Assembly (NCBI RefSeq): GCF_048593235.1
Contig: NC_133618.1
Span: forward strand, 631,426,889 to 631,490,888
Reading direction: 5' to 3'
Origin: Sminthopsis crassicaudata
Lineage: Eukaryota
Length of the DNA stretch: 64,000 nucleotides
This document shows positions 11,292 through 21,878 of the stretch, piece after piece. The translations under genes were made by a program, and so were the position numbers. Under the pieces are notes generated by a model. It worked only from the letters and a program-made list of their open reading frames with translations. It was not told where the DNA came from and did no database searches. Numbering within the stretch: position 1 is the first letter of the stretch; each line of letters begins with the position of its first letter.

Positions 11292-11974
11292 GTGCGTGAG
11301 GGGCCCGGGGCGGGCGGGGAGGCCGCGCGGGGGTCGTGGGGACAGCGCAAGCGCGCGCACACCGGCTGCCACATGCCCCTCTCAGAGCCGGACACTCTGT
11401 GCGCTCTGTAGCGCTCTCCTTACTATTACTGCACTTTGATGAGCAAGGGGAGTACTTAAATTAAACCTTGGCCGGCCCACATGGCGTGGGGTCTGTGCGA
11501 GGGTCCTTTTCTCAGTGGGGCTGACACCGCTTCCCTCCCCTGGAGGCAGGGGAGCGGCCTGGAGGCCCAGCGGGGCCTGGCTGGGGCCCGGAGGCTGGGG
11601 GACATTTCCCTCTTCCTCCATCCCGGCCTTCGCCTTTTCCTGGGCCGAACCCCGTTGGAAGCTTTTGCGCTCCTCAGCCTCTTGCAGCTCCGACGGGGCC
11701 GGCTCCTCTTTGGGCCGAGGCTGGGGGCTGCGGGAGGAGATCGGCCAGGGAAGTCTGGGGGAGGAGCCATGCGGCCGGGCTGCTGTCGGGATCTCAGAGC
11801 CCTCCAGGCCACCCGGAGGCGGGCTGGGGTTAGGGGATATCGGCCACTTTTTTTGGGGGGGGGTTCTCGGCAAGGTTCTGAGCGCCTGGGATCCCGGGCA
11901 CGGCCTGCAGGGGTGGGTAAGTGAAGTGGGTGGGCCGGCTCCCCTAACCCGACTTTTCTGGGTGCTGATCTCAG

Positions 11975-12142
11975 AGCCTGCAGGGCCTCACCGGGACCCC
12001 TCTGGTGGCCGGCAGTCCCATCCGACATGAGAGCGCAGTGCAGGGCAGTGCCGTGGAGGTCCAGACTTATCAGCCCCCCTGGAAAGCACTCAGCGAGTTT
12101 GCCCTACAAAGTGACCTAGACCAGCCAGCCTTCCAGCAACTG
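11975..12142 (+). CDS. ISL2: ISL2 coding exon 5 ([56 protein letters not shown]), LHX3/4-binding region
   Basis: Acceptor gatctcag| ends at 11974 and donor CTG|GTAAGG starts at 12143. 168 nt, phase 0/0, matching the Islet C-terminal motif [18 protein letters not shown]. Confidence 0.95.
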
Positions 12143-12729
12143 GTAAGGGACCCCGGCCTGAGCCTCAGCTTCTCTCCTGCCTCCCCAGCCTCTTCTCTCC
12201 AGCAGGGCTCCACCAGGTCTAGTCCATGGCAGGATGTGGGGAGGAGTGGTGGCCCATGATCCCCTCCTGTCTCAGTGGACCTCCAGCTAAACTGGAAAGG
12301 GGGATGGCCGGCCTCTCCTCCCCCACAGAAGTGTGAAGGAACTCTGGGAAGCAGGTGATAGAGTGGGGGGGGGGGGTAGTAGGTGAAGGCCTAGACTAGC
12401 CCTCCCCCCTCCCTCAGAGCTCAGCTCCAGCTGCTAAATGCTGCTTAGCTTGGGATTGAAAGGCCCTTTTGGGCCAAGGGACCCAACCTCCCCCAGCTGA
12501 GGGTGCCCAGCCCAGAGGGATTAACCTAGAGGGAGAAGATGGCTCTAAAAGGGGGGAGGGACTCTGCTTCCTAAGTCCCTCTTCTTGCTGTCAGCCCCTG
12601 GGTGGACGCCATTAATTTTAAAAGTCATTTGATTGTAGCTCCACGTGGCAGAGTGATGGGGTGGGGGCCGGCAGGAGGCCTGCCAAGCCGGATGGCCTCT
12701 TACCCCCTCCCTCTTGCCTTCCATCCCAG

Positions 12730-12846
12730 GTGTCCTTCTCTGAGTCAGGCTCCCTGGGGAACTCCTCTGGCAGCGACGTGACCTCCTTATCCTCCCAGCT
12801 CCCGGACACTCCGAACAGCATGGTGCCCAGCCCGGTGGAGACGTGA
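12730..12846 (+). CDS. ISL2: ISL2 coding exon 6 ([38 protein letters not shown])
   Basis: Acceptor ccttccatcccag| ends at 12729 and TGA is at 12844-12846. Exon lengths 58+190+263+284+168+117 = 1080 nt = 359 aa + stop. Confidence 0.96.
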   Translation: MSFSESGSLGNSSGSDVTSLSSQLPDTPNSMVPSPVET

Positions 12847-13635
12847 GGAGCCTGGGGCCTGTGGGCCCCTTGTCCCGTGGATCTAGCATGCTCCCTGCAT
12901 GAGACTCACCCATGCTCAGGCCATTCCAGCTCTCTGAACCCTCTCTCCTTTTAATTATTATTGTTATTTAAAGTAAAGAGAAAGAAAACGAGAGAGAGAC
13001 GCGAGAGATACTGTTTTGACTGCCAAAAGCACCAGGATGTGACCTTCCTTCTGCAGACCGGAGAACCCCTTCTCTGCTGGGCTTATTTTTGCAAAACCCA
13101 AATTGAGGATTTACTAGGATTAGGCCTTCCCTCTCCCTCTCCTCCCCCAGTACACCTTGTAATCCGGCTTTCTGACTCCCTTCATCCCGACTCACCTGGT
13201 GGCTTAGAAAGAAAAAATCGATTTCCAGCCAGAAGCTGGGGAAGGCTGACCTCTCCCTTTCTCCCTATGACCCACTCAGGGCTTTGGGGTCAATTTGGCT
13301 TCAACTGGCCGATCTCTTTTTGGTTTGCTGGTGGTTGTTTTCTTAAGTGCTTTTGTTGGTTAGGGATGGGGGGAGGGCTAAGGAAGAACAGAGAAGGAGA
13401 GAATGCCCAAAGCCCTAAATCGCATGATTGCTGGAAAACCAAAACGAAACTGAACCAAACCCCAAATATATGGAGAAAGAGACTTTTCTTGCAAATGTTT
13501 TAATTTATCGGTGGACGGAGGACCGAGTGTGTGAGCCTTTGCAGAATACACACACACACACACAAACAAATGTAAGTTATTGCTATTTATTGAGAAACAG
13601 CAAGTTCATAGTGGGACTAATATTTTGATCTTAAT

Positions 13636-13641
13636 AATAAA
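13636..13641 (+). terminator. ISL2: Probable ISL2 polyadenylation signal AATAAA
   Basis: AATAAA about 790 nt after the stop, following an AU-rich 3'UTR stretch (TATTTATTG at ~13585), with GT-rich sequence (ggtgtgtcctgttgg) downstream. Confidence 0.7.
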
Positions 13642-13799
13642 AAGCAAAACCCCCCACCCTCTGGCCTTGCCCCGGTGTGTCCTGTTGGCTCAGTCTGAGG
13701 GTGGGGCCCCACAGCCCTCAGGGGCTGGAGGTGGGTTGGGCCACGTGGAGCTGGAGCTAGTTTTTTTGGGAAAGGAAATCGAAAGGGAGGTACAAATTG

Positions 13800-14750
13800 T
13801 AGCAGGAGGGGGTAAACCGCCTCCGGCGCTGCCGTCCGTCTGGCTCGGGGCCCTTTACGATGAGCCCCTTTTGGTGGGCCCGTAAAGGGGAGGAAAGGCG
13901 GAGCTGTCGGAGGTCCCCACCCAACCCACCCTCCGCCTTCTAACCTCTCACCTCTTTCTGAGGTCACACCTGCTCTCCACCGCCTCCTCCGCGGAGGTCA
14001 CAGCCCCCTCCTCCCTCCCCTCCTGTCCCGCTGCTCCGGGGTCGCACTGCAGCCGGCCCCCTCCTCCCCTCTCGATCCCAATCCGGGCCTAGACTCTAGC
14101 CTGGAGACCTTAGTCTAGTTCAGGGGCGACTGCCTCCGAAACCAGCCAACCCTCACTCCGAGGCCTCGGTTTTCCATCAATCCCTCGAGAAAATACGAGT
14201 ACCGAGACGCTCCGAGAGCGGCGGCTGGGCTCGGCCTGGAGGGACTGTCCGGCCCGTTGGGCAGCCCTCGGTTCCTCCGATCCTCGCCCCCGCTGCCCCC
14301 CGCCCTCGGCCCGCTGCATTCATTAAATTCTGTCTAGACAGAGGCGAGGCCGGCGGCCCCTTATCGGCCCCTGGCATCACCTGCAAGCGAGACCCCCGGG
14401 ACTCCTGCGCCCCCCACGAGCAGTGGGCCGTGGCCGCCCGCCGAGCTCGGCTTGCTTTCCTGTCCGGGCACGGGAGCCGCGGGCCGCGAGGGCCTGGGGC
14501 CGCCGGGGCCGCCTCAGCCGGTGTGACATTTCAAACCCGCGCTTTGGGTTCTCGGGGGTGGCCGGAGGGGAGCCACGGGAGGGGGCGGGGGGACCTCGAA
14601 CCTCCGGGGGCCCCGGTCTAGCTCGGTCTCTCCTAGACACTAGGGTTTAACCCTTTGGGGTCGGCGTATGTTTGGGGAGAGGAGGCAGTCAGGACGCTCT
14701 TGGCGGAGCAGATGCTGGCCAGCTCCGGGGGCGAGGGGCAGCCCCCTTTC
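13800..14750. promoter_or_regulatory. CpG island immediately 3' of ISL2
   Basis: GC/CpG-rich block with no recognisable coding exon. Confidence 0.65.
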
Positions 14751-15393
14751 CCCCGACCTTCCTAGAAGCTAGGGCGCGGGATGCTGTCCGGCTCAAAGCT
14801 GCTTTCTTTTTCCTCTCTTCCCTTCTTTTCCTTTTTCTCTTTCCTCTTTTGTCTTACTCTTTTTTCATTTTTCCCTCTCTAGTGAGGAAATCTGCACATA
14901 AAACCTTCAATTGCTTTTTCATTAAATCTTTCGTTTTCGTTTTGTTTTGTTTTTCCCCTCTTTCATTCTCTCTTTCTCTTTTTAAAATAAGAAATTTTGT
15001 TGGGGACGGTTGATTGAAAGAAAGCATGAGGTGGGAAAGGAGATCTAAGTTTGTTTTTTTTTTTTTTTTTAAACTTCCTGAAAGTCAAGGTGACGCTAGT
15101 GAAAGAATTAAAGGGAACATTTTCCCTTCTTTAGGATTTAGGAAATGGTGCTGCTAACGTAGAGATAAGGGAGGAGATATGCAGGGTTAATGAGGACCAG
15201 CTTTACCTCTTGAACTGCCCAGATGCGGTTTTAATAAACAGGGCTGGGTTCTTGGAGGCATCTTTTTCCTTAACTGAGACCATTCCCTTCTAACAGAAAT
15301 ACAGACCAGCTCTTCTTACCCCTTGGGCCAAGCCACTGGATAGAGGGGCGAAAGTTCAGGGGAATCATATTTTCGTTTCATACTATTATGGGC

Positions 15394-15782
15394 NNNNNNN
15401 NNNNNNNNNNNNNNNNNNNNNNNNNNNNNNNNNNNNNNNNNNNNNNNNNNNNNNNNNNNNNNNNNNNNNNNNNNNNNNNNNNNNNNNNNNNNNNNNNNNN
15501 NNNNNNNNNNNNNNNNNNNNNNNNNNNNNNNNNNNNNNNNNNNNNNNNNNNNNNNNNNNNNNNNNNNNNNNNNNNNNNNNNNNNNNNNNNNNNNNNNNNN
15601 NNNNNNNNNNNNNNNNNNNNNNNNNNNNNNNNNNNNNNNNNNNNNNNNNNNNNNNNNNNNNNNNNNNNNNNNNNNNNNNNNNNNNNNNNNNNNNNNNNNN
15701 NNNNNNNNNNNNNNNNNNNNNNNNNNNNNNNNNNNNNNNNNNNNNNNNNNNNNNNNNNNNNNNNNNNNNNNNNNNNNNNNNN
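15394..15782. other. Assembly gap (N)
   Basis: Run of N. Confidence 1.
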
Positions 15783-17399
15783 CTTAGTTTTTCTTTCCTT
15801 CTTTCTTTCTTAGTTTCTCTCTTCTTTCTTTCTAAATCGGAATTTGGAATGAGGACGCAAATAGGTGCGGATTCTCAGATATTTTGATTTGCATCGCAGC
15901 ATTTCCGTTCTGTGAATGCAAACATTTCCTACGTACCTGTCGATTGCTGCTTTATCACCTTAAAATGGAACTCTTCTCTCTTCTGTTTGGACACCCCCAC
16001 GAACGAGGGTAATTTGGGGCCGTGAAGAAATAACGTGGCCACCACATCGCTGAGTCTGTACCACAGCCGTTAACGTCACGTTCTTGCGTCTCTGCAATTG
16101 GTTTTCCTGGGCAGGCAAGAAGAGAAGGCTTCTCTTTCAGCGTGGGTTGCCAGGGAAAGGGCTAGATTCTGATCAGCCCTTTTTACAACAATTCTTAGTG
16201 GGGTGTCAGATCTATGCTCAGGGGGTTGGAGCAAATAACGAATAGCAATTTTACTGCTCAGATCATCTTGAAACATTTTCGGTAATACAGGAGGGATTTC
16301 CCTGTAAATTAAATTACCTGTGGCAATTACAAGGAGAGGATTTTATGCTTACTGACGTGAGATACCCATTCCCAGAGTAGACTCAAGCTAATAAAGAAGG
16401 GCATAGGGGAGGAGGAAGGGAGTTATCTAGGCAGAGACTTTAATGTTAGATCGAGTAAGATTCAAAACAAAGTCTTAAGCAATTTCACGTCATCTTTGTG
16501 GGGGGATATTTTACAGAGAATAAAAGTTTGTAGGAAGGACAACATGAAGTTGGCAATTTGGGGGAAATAAAAACTGAAGGAAAATTTCCTTCTGGGAAAC
16601 ACCTAAGAAGGTCCGGGGCCGGTGAAGCTGTAATCGAATTGCCTTTTTTGTGAGCAAAGAAGCCCAGGGAGGCAGGCTGGCAGCGAGTCTCTGGAGTCTG
16701 CTATTGGGCCAGGCACCGTGGACTAAGTGATGGGGATACGGAGCAGCAAATATTGTCTACACTGGAAAAAAGCTGGGATGAACGAGTTGCTGCACATTTA
16801 GTCAATTCTGCTCACTGCAAGGGTGAACTTAGGGAAGATATTAGGGGTAAAAGTGCATGTTTGCAGAGATGTGTCAGGTTGGTAATCTGAAAGTGGGTCA
16901 ATTGGAAATCAGATTTTATCAAGAGAAAGGATTGTGGAGTATTGTGTTTTTTTTTTTTTAAGTCAAAACTTAGAACGCTCTCTTTTTTGTCTACTCTGTC
17001 ATTCTTATTTTTTCTTTCTCCGTCCCTCTCCTTCCTTCCTCCCTCCATCTCTGTCTCTGTCTGTCCCTCTATCTCTTCATTTCCTCTCGTCTCCTCTCAT
17101 TTTTATCTTTGTCTCCATTGCAAGCCCAACCTGGTGAAATGAAATAAGACTAGGGAGACTTTGACCCTTGGGCAATGGCGACTCTTCATGGAAAATATGG
17201 ATCAATGGGGACAATAGATAACTATGAAATTGGAAGTCAAGGAAGGAAAGCTCGGGTCGAGGATGAGAGAGGGAGCTTTGCGGAGTAATTTACAGCAGTT
17301 AGATTGGAAGACCAAGGCGATAGAACCCCCCCCCCCCCCAATTGAACGAAAGCGCCTTGAGGTCAGGGCCTGTTTCTCCTACTTGTCTTGGGGTCACCA

Positions 17400-19150
17400 G
17401 TGCCTCGAACCGGAATCACTCGGCCACCCAGGAGGCGCTTATGGAATTGACGGCTAACGAGGAGAGTGAGTCCCGGAAGAGAAAGGGAGCTACCTGGCTA
17501 AGCGGCCCGGTTCTTTCCGCTCTGAGACCTGATCCAGGATTACCTGAAGCGGGAGGTGACGACTGGGAGAGAAAGCCCCAGACAGACGAGAGATGGACCA
17601 GTAAACGAGAGGGGGGAGGGGAAGAGCGAGCGAGACAGAGAGGAGACAGAAGATGGACTGAAGAAGAGAGGAAGGCACGGGGAGGGGGGAGAGGCACAGA
17701 GAATGAGGGTGGCCGGAGGGGGGCGGGGGCCGGCTGCAGGCTCTTCGGCTTGATTAATGGAACCCTAGGGCTTCGACTCGGCGAAAGGAGTCCGGGAGGA
17801 AGTGACAGGGACGAGGTCGGCAGCAGACAGGTTTTATGGGCGAGGGCAGGGGAGTGATCGAGGTGCTGACAGGCAGAGCCAGCCGAGGGGCAGGCTTCCG
17901 CAGGGGGAGCTTCGCGGGGGTGGGAGCGGGCTTCCCCGGGCGGGCCTTGCCCGAGGCTCCTCGGAGGTGAGCTCGCCCCGCGGGGGCCCGGCCTCCGCTC
18001 CGGGACGCGCCGCCACCGCGGCTGGGGGACCGCACGCCGGAGCCTCGGTTCTGGGAGGCGGGGCCGGGCCTCGCCGCTGAGGGAGCCCGATGTGGGGGAG
18101 ACCACCGAGTTTCGGGACCAGATTGAAACAAGATGTGGCGGCCGGCGCGGCGCTCACCTGGCCCCGCGGCCCCCGGGAATGTCTCGGAGTCGTAAAAGCG
18201 GGGAGCGCGCCGCGGCGGGGACTTTAAATCACGTCTGCCGGGGGCGGAGAGGAGCGGCCGGCGGGATGGGGGAAGGTGGGCTGGGGACCGCGGGAGCCCG
18301 GGGCACCCCCTCCACGAAGCGGAGTCCGGGGAGCCGCGCACGTTGGGGCCGGGCGCTCCCCTCTACGCCCGCGGCCCCCGACTGCCAGAGGGAGAGAGGG
18401 GACGGTTCCGTGGCCATTTCAATTAAATGTTTAATTGCAAATCCTGGTCCGCTTTCTGGGAGGTTAATCACAGCTGTCTCAATAATTTATGGCTTTTTGG
18501 CAAAACCCCGACCAGATAAGAAATATATTCTATTGTGAAGCGTCTTGCAGGAAATCTTATAAATATTTGATTGTGCCTTTCCCCCGAAAGCCTTCCTCAG
18601 CCTCTCCTAGAAGGCGCGGGGCGTCCTCGGCGCGCTCTGGCCCGGCGCTGCGCCCGCCCTGGACGGTAGCAGCTCCGGGGCCTCTCGGGCCCGGGCCCTG
18701 CAGGCACCTGCCTCGGCTCTTCCCCGACGGCCACGTCCCTCTTCGGCCCGCGCCGCCCTATCGAGAGGCGGGGGACCCCCAGGTGCGGAGCCCGGAGCCG
18801 GGGCGCCCCCCTGGCCATCCAGGCCCACGGGTGTTAAAGGCTCGGCCTCGGCCTCGGCCTCCTCTCCGGGGTTGGCTTTCCCCGGGAATAGGGCCACCCC
18901 TCCCCGGCCCCTCTTCCCTCCTCTCCCGGATTTTCCATTTAATAGAGTAAGGGAGGGGAGAGCCGGGAGGCCCCTCCATGAGGAGGCAGAGGGAGACGGG
19001 GCCCGAAAACAAACTTCGATCCGAACGGAGGACCATTGTTTTAGAAGGGGCCGAGCTGGCGCGCGCGGCTTCCCAGACTGGCTGGAGCCCCGGACGCTGC
19101 TGCTCAGTCCCGGGCCTAACGCCGGCGACAAAATGCATCCTGGGGGCTGG
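17400..19150. promoter_or_regulatory. Intergenic CpG island between the ISL2 and SCAPER 3' ends
   Basis: About 1.7 kb of very high GC/CpG with embedded AT-rich homeodomain-motif patches. Confidence 0.7.
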
Positions 19151-20471
19151 GCGAACCCCAGCCAGAGGGCAGTGACAAAGGCTTTCACTCAACTTTTAAA
19201 ATCAAACAACGGACCCAAAAGGATTTATTCATAAAACAAGGGCCAGCTTGGTGGGTCCCGGCACTGTCGGGCTCAAGTACCTGCCCCTTCTCGGCCCTGT
19301 CCCTCCAGCCCACTTTCTTTTTCTAAAAGGAAGTCTGGCTTTTGGACAAGAATCCTAAACTTCAAATGCTGCTGCAGAGGTGACCTGCTAATTACTGGGG
19401 GTGGTGGGGAGGAATTCGCGTTTACTGTGTTAAATAAAGCTAGGATTTGCAGCCAGTGAGAAGGGGATCTGAAATAAACTGGAGGAGAGCAAGCTCCCGG
19501 CTCCAGTTCCTCCCAAGGCCTCTGCAGGAGCCAGAGAGAGGCCGCAGGTAAAGGCCTTGAAAACACTGCTTTTAGCTGGAAACTTACTTTTTAGAGCTAA
19601 ACCTGTCATTTCCTCTTTCCTTGCAAACAAGTCAAATTTAAAATAGAAACAAATACAAAGTTTTCTGAGGAGCCCAAGTTGTGAAAGTGCTTGGTTAAAA
19701 ATGTTTTCTGCATTTCTTTTTTTCTTTCTTTCTTTTTTTTAAATAGCCATGACTGTAATTCATACATCAATTCCCACTTGTTTTGATTAATGTTAGCGTG
19801 TATCGCCTTTTACAATGAGCTGATCGTGAGGCTCACAGTGAAGAAAAATTAACCTTAAACTCTGGACAGGAGCAATGCCATTAAAAGCCCCTCTTCCTCT
19901 CCAACCTCCCAGTCAGACAGAAAAAAGACTCCAGAAAGTTTGATAAGCAAAGGAAGCTAACTAATCCTTGAACCCTGCTGTTCTCCAGAACGTGGATAAA
20001 CATGCAATCTGGCCCAGTGTTCGAAGACTCCAAAAACAGGTTAGCAACTTAATGTCAAACAATGGCACTTTGCAGCAGTTAACTTTTTAAAAACATTTTT
20101 ACAATGACCTGAGATTTGATTCTAAATATACATGCTAATAAATGTTATTGATTAATGGACTAATTTGATGTTCATTTACATAATACTAGAAAATAGTCAA
20201 TTACTATTTTTGTTTGAGATGATAAATTCAGTCCATTGATAGATACTTAAGGGAGGTTCTGGCTAAGAAGAAGTGCGCTGACTGGCACAGTCCCAACCCC
20301 AGTTGGTTTCAGTAACTACAAATATCTTATCCCAGGAGAAATGAACAAATAGCCTTCTTCTCAATTTCAAAAAAGAACATCCAGAAAAAGAGTTTAAACT
20401 TCAATTTTGAATGACTTGGAGTTTCAGAATGTTTTAAAATCTTTGTTTCAAATTAAGAAATGAGACCAATG

Positions 20472-20536
20472 TTTATTCAGAAACGCTGATGCTGAAATAC
20501 AAAATCACAATGCAAAACGGAATAAGTTATTTTATT
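20472..20536 (-). terminator. SCAPER: Candidate SCAPER polyadenylation signals (AATAAA on - at 20536-20531 and 20477-20472)
   Basis: Two TTTATT hexamers on + lie ~320-380 nt beyond the stop codon. Which one is used is unknown. Confidence 0.55.
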
Positions 20537-20854
20537 ACAAGATATATAGAACAGAACTGATCTCATTTTTAAGCCTAATTTCACCAATATTATAATGCAA
20601 GAAGTTTACCACCACAGGGCTCCCAAACCCTACCATGTTATACATAAATGAAACAAATTCAACTTGCAAAATTAGAAACCAGAACATGAAAGTATCTACA
20701 ATAATTATAAATAGTGCAAAGTATATGTCATATCTACAGTGCAGGTATTGAGTATCAAAATTTTTTTTGTGTGTGTGTGGACAGAATGTTTGTTTGTTTT
20801 TTTTAACAATGAATGTATCAGAATGTATTCAAATCCAAAGCGACCAAAACAAAC

Positions 20855-20958
20855 TTATTTTTTCTCTTTTTTCAAGAAAAATTGTCGGGCTTCTTCCCAC
20901 GCTTGCTCTGGAAATCTGTTACATAACTCAAGGTAATCTTGGGAAGTGAAAAATTTTT
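20855..20958 (-). CDS. SCAPER: SCAPER last coding exon ((E)KFFTSQDYLELCNRFPEQAWEEARQFFLKKEKK*)
   Basis: On the minus strand, acceptor tttctctttctgacag| precedes 20958 and TAA is at 20857-20855. It matches the recalled SCAPER C-terminus SQDYLELANRFPQQAWEEARQFFLKKEKK, and its phase 1 fits the upstream 52-nt exon. Confidence 0.93.
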
Positions 20959-21690
20959 CTGTCAGAAAGAGAAAGCATAACATTAGATTAAAATTTGGGG
21001 TGTGCTAAAAATAAACTTATTTTAATATTCAAGAGGCTGGGAATAAAGATAATCAGCTTTAAGAGAAATATGGATATCTGCTAAATTCATTAAAAAAACC
21101 TCAAAAATGTCAAAATGTTTCCTCTGTATTCAGATAATATTAATTATGAAAGTATTTTTAAAAATGACTGCTTCTTAAAAAAAAAAAAAAACGAATGAGG
21201 ACAAAAACACTATTTATTGTGCTCCTTCTCAAATTACCAGAAAAAAAGACTATTTGTCTATATTTTACTACAAAGTTTTGAATTTCTTTTCTTTTAGGCA
21301 AAAACTTAAACCAAGTTTCATTTTCAGAAGATGTGAAACCTAATTTTAAGGTCAAGTTTTGATTTTAAGTGTAATTTGTAATTTTCCCCTACTTCCATAT
21401 TCAGCTTTATATCTAATGACTGAGGAGACAAATGAGAAATCCTCATTTATAAAAGAGGACCTAGAGCCCACCAGCTTTTGAAAACATGCGTATTCAGCCG
21501 CTTTAAGGAACCGTCGCCCATGAGTGTGCAGTTGCATGAACAGGCTGCACTGCTCATGGATATAAAATGAACTTTCATAGACTTATCAGATAAGAGGAGT
21601 TCTAAGAGTCACTCTCTGAGCCCAGTGGCCATTGAGTCAGAACTCTTTTGGGGGACAACTGAGCATTGACCAGTTGCAATTTGGTTCCTG

Positions 21691-21878
21691 TTTAAAACCT
21701 TAAAAAATTTTTTTTTAAAAATTAATTTTATAATTATAATTTTTTTGACAGTACATATGCATGGGTATTTTTTTTTTTTTTTTACATTATCCCTTGTATT
21801 CACTTCTTTTCCAAATTTCCCCCTCCTTCCCTCTACTCCCTCCCCTAGATGACATGCAATCCCATACATTTAAAACCT
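21691..21878 (-). mobile_element. Short L1 3' end (~170 bp) with 10-bp TSD, in the last SCAPER intron
   Basis: TTTAAAACCT at 21691-21700 and 21869-21878. The interior resembles the L1 3' UTR at 42330-42420. Confidence 0.75.

Larger units (their letters stand above)
10050..12100. promoter_or_regulatory. Intragenic CpG island around the ISL2 homeobox exon
   Basis: High GC/CpG in late intron 3, exon 4 and intron 4, interrupted by an N-gap. Confidence 0.7.

Noticed and set aside
10824-11372. 182-aa antisense ORF over the homeobox exon
   Set aside because: A shadow of GC3-rich codon usage in the real exon.
16708-16728. REST/NRSE-like GCACCGTGGAC
   Set aside because: Matches only the core and lacks the flanking TTCA and AGCGCC halves.
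17342-19234. Many 100-229 aa ORFs on both strands
   Set aside because: Expected in very GC-rich DNA. Low-complexity composition, no recognisable family and no coherent exon structure.
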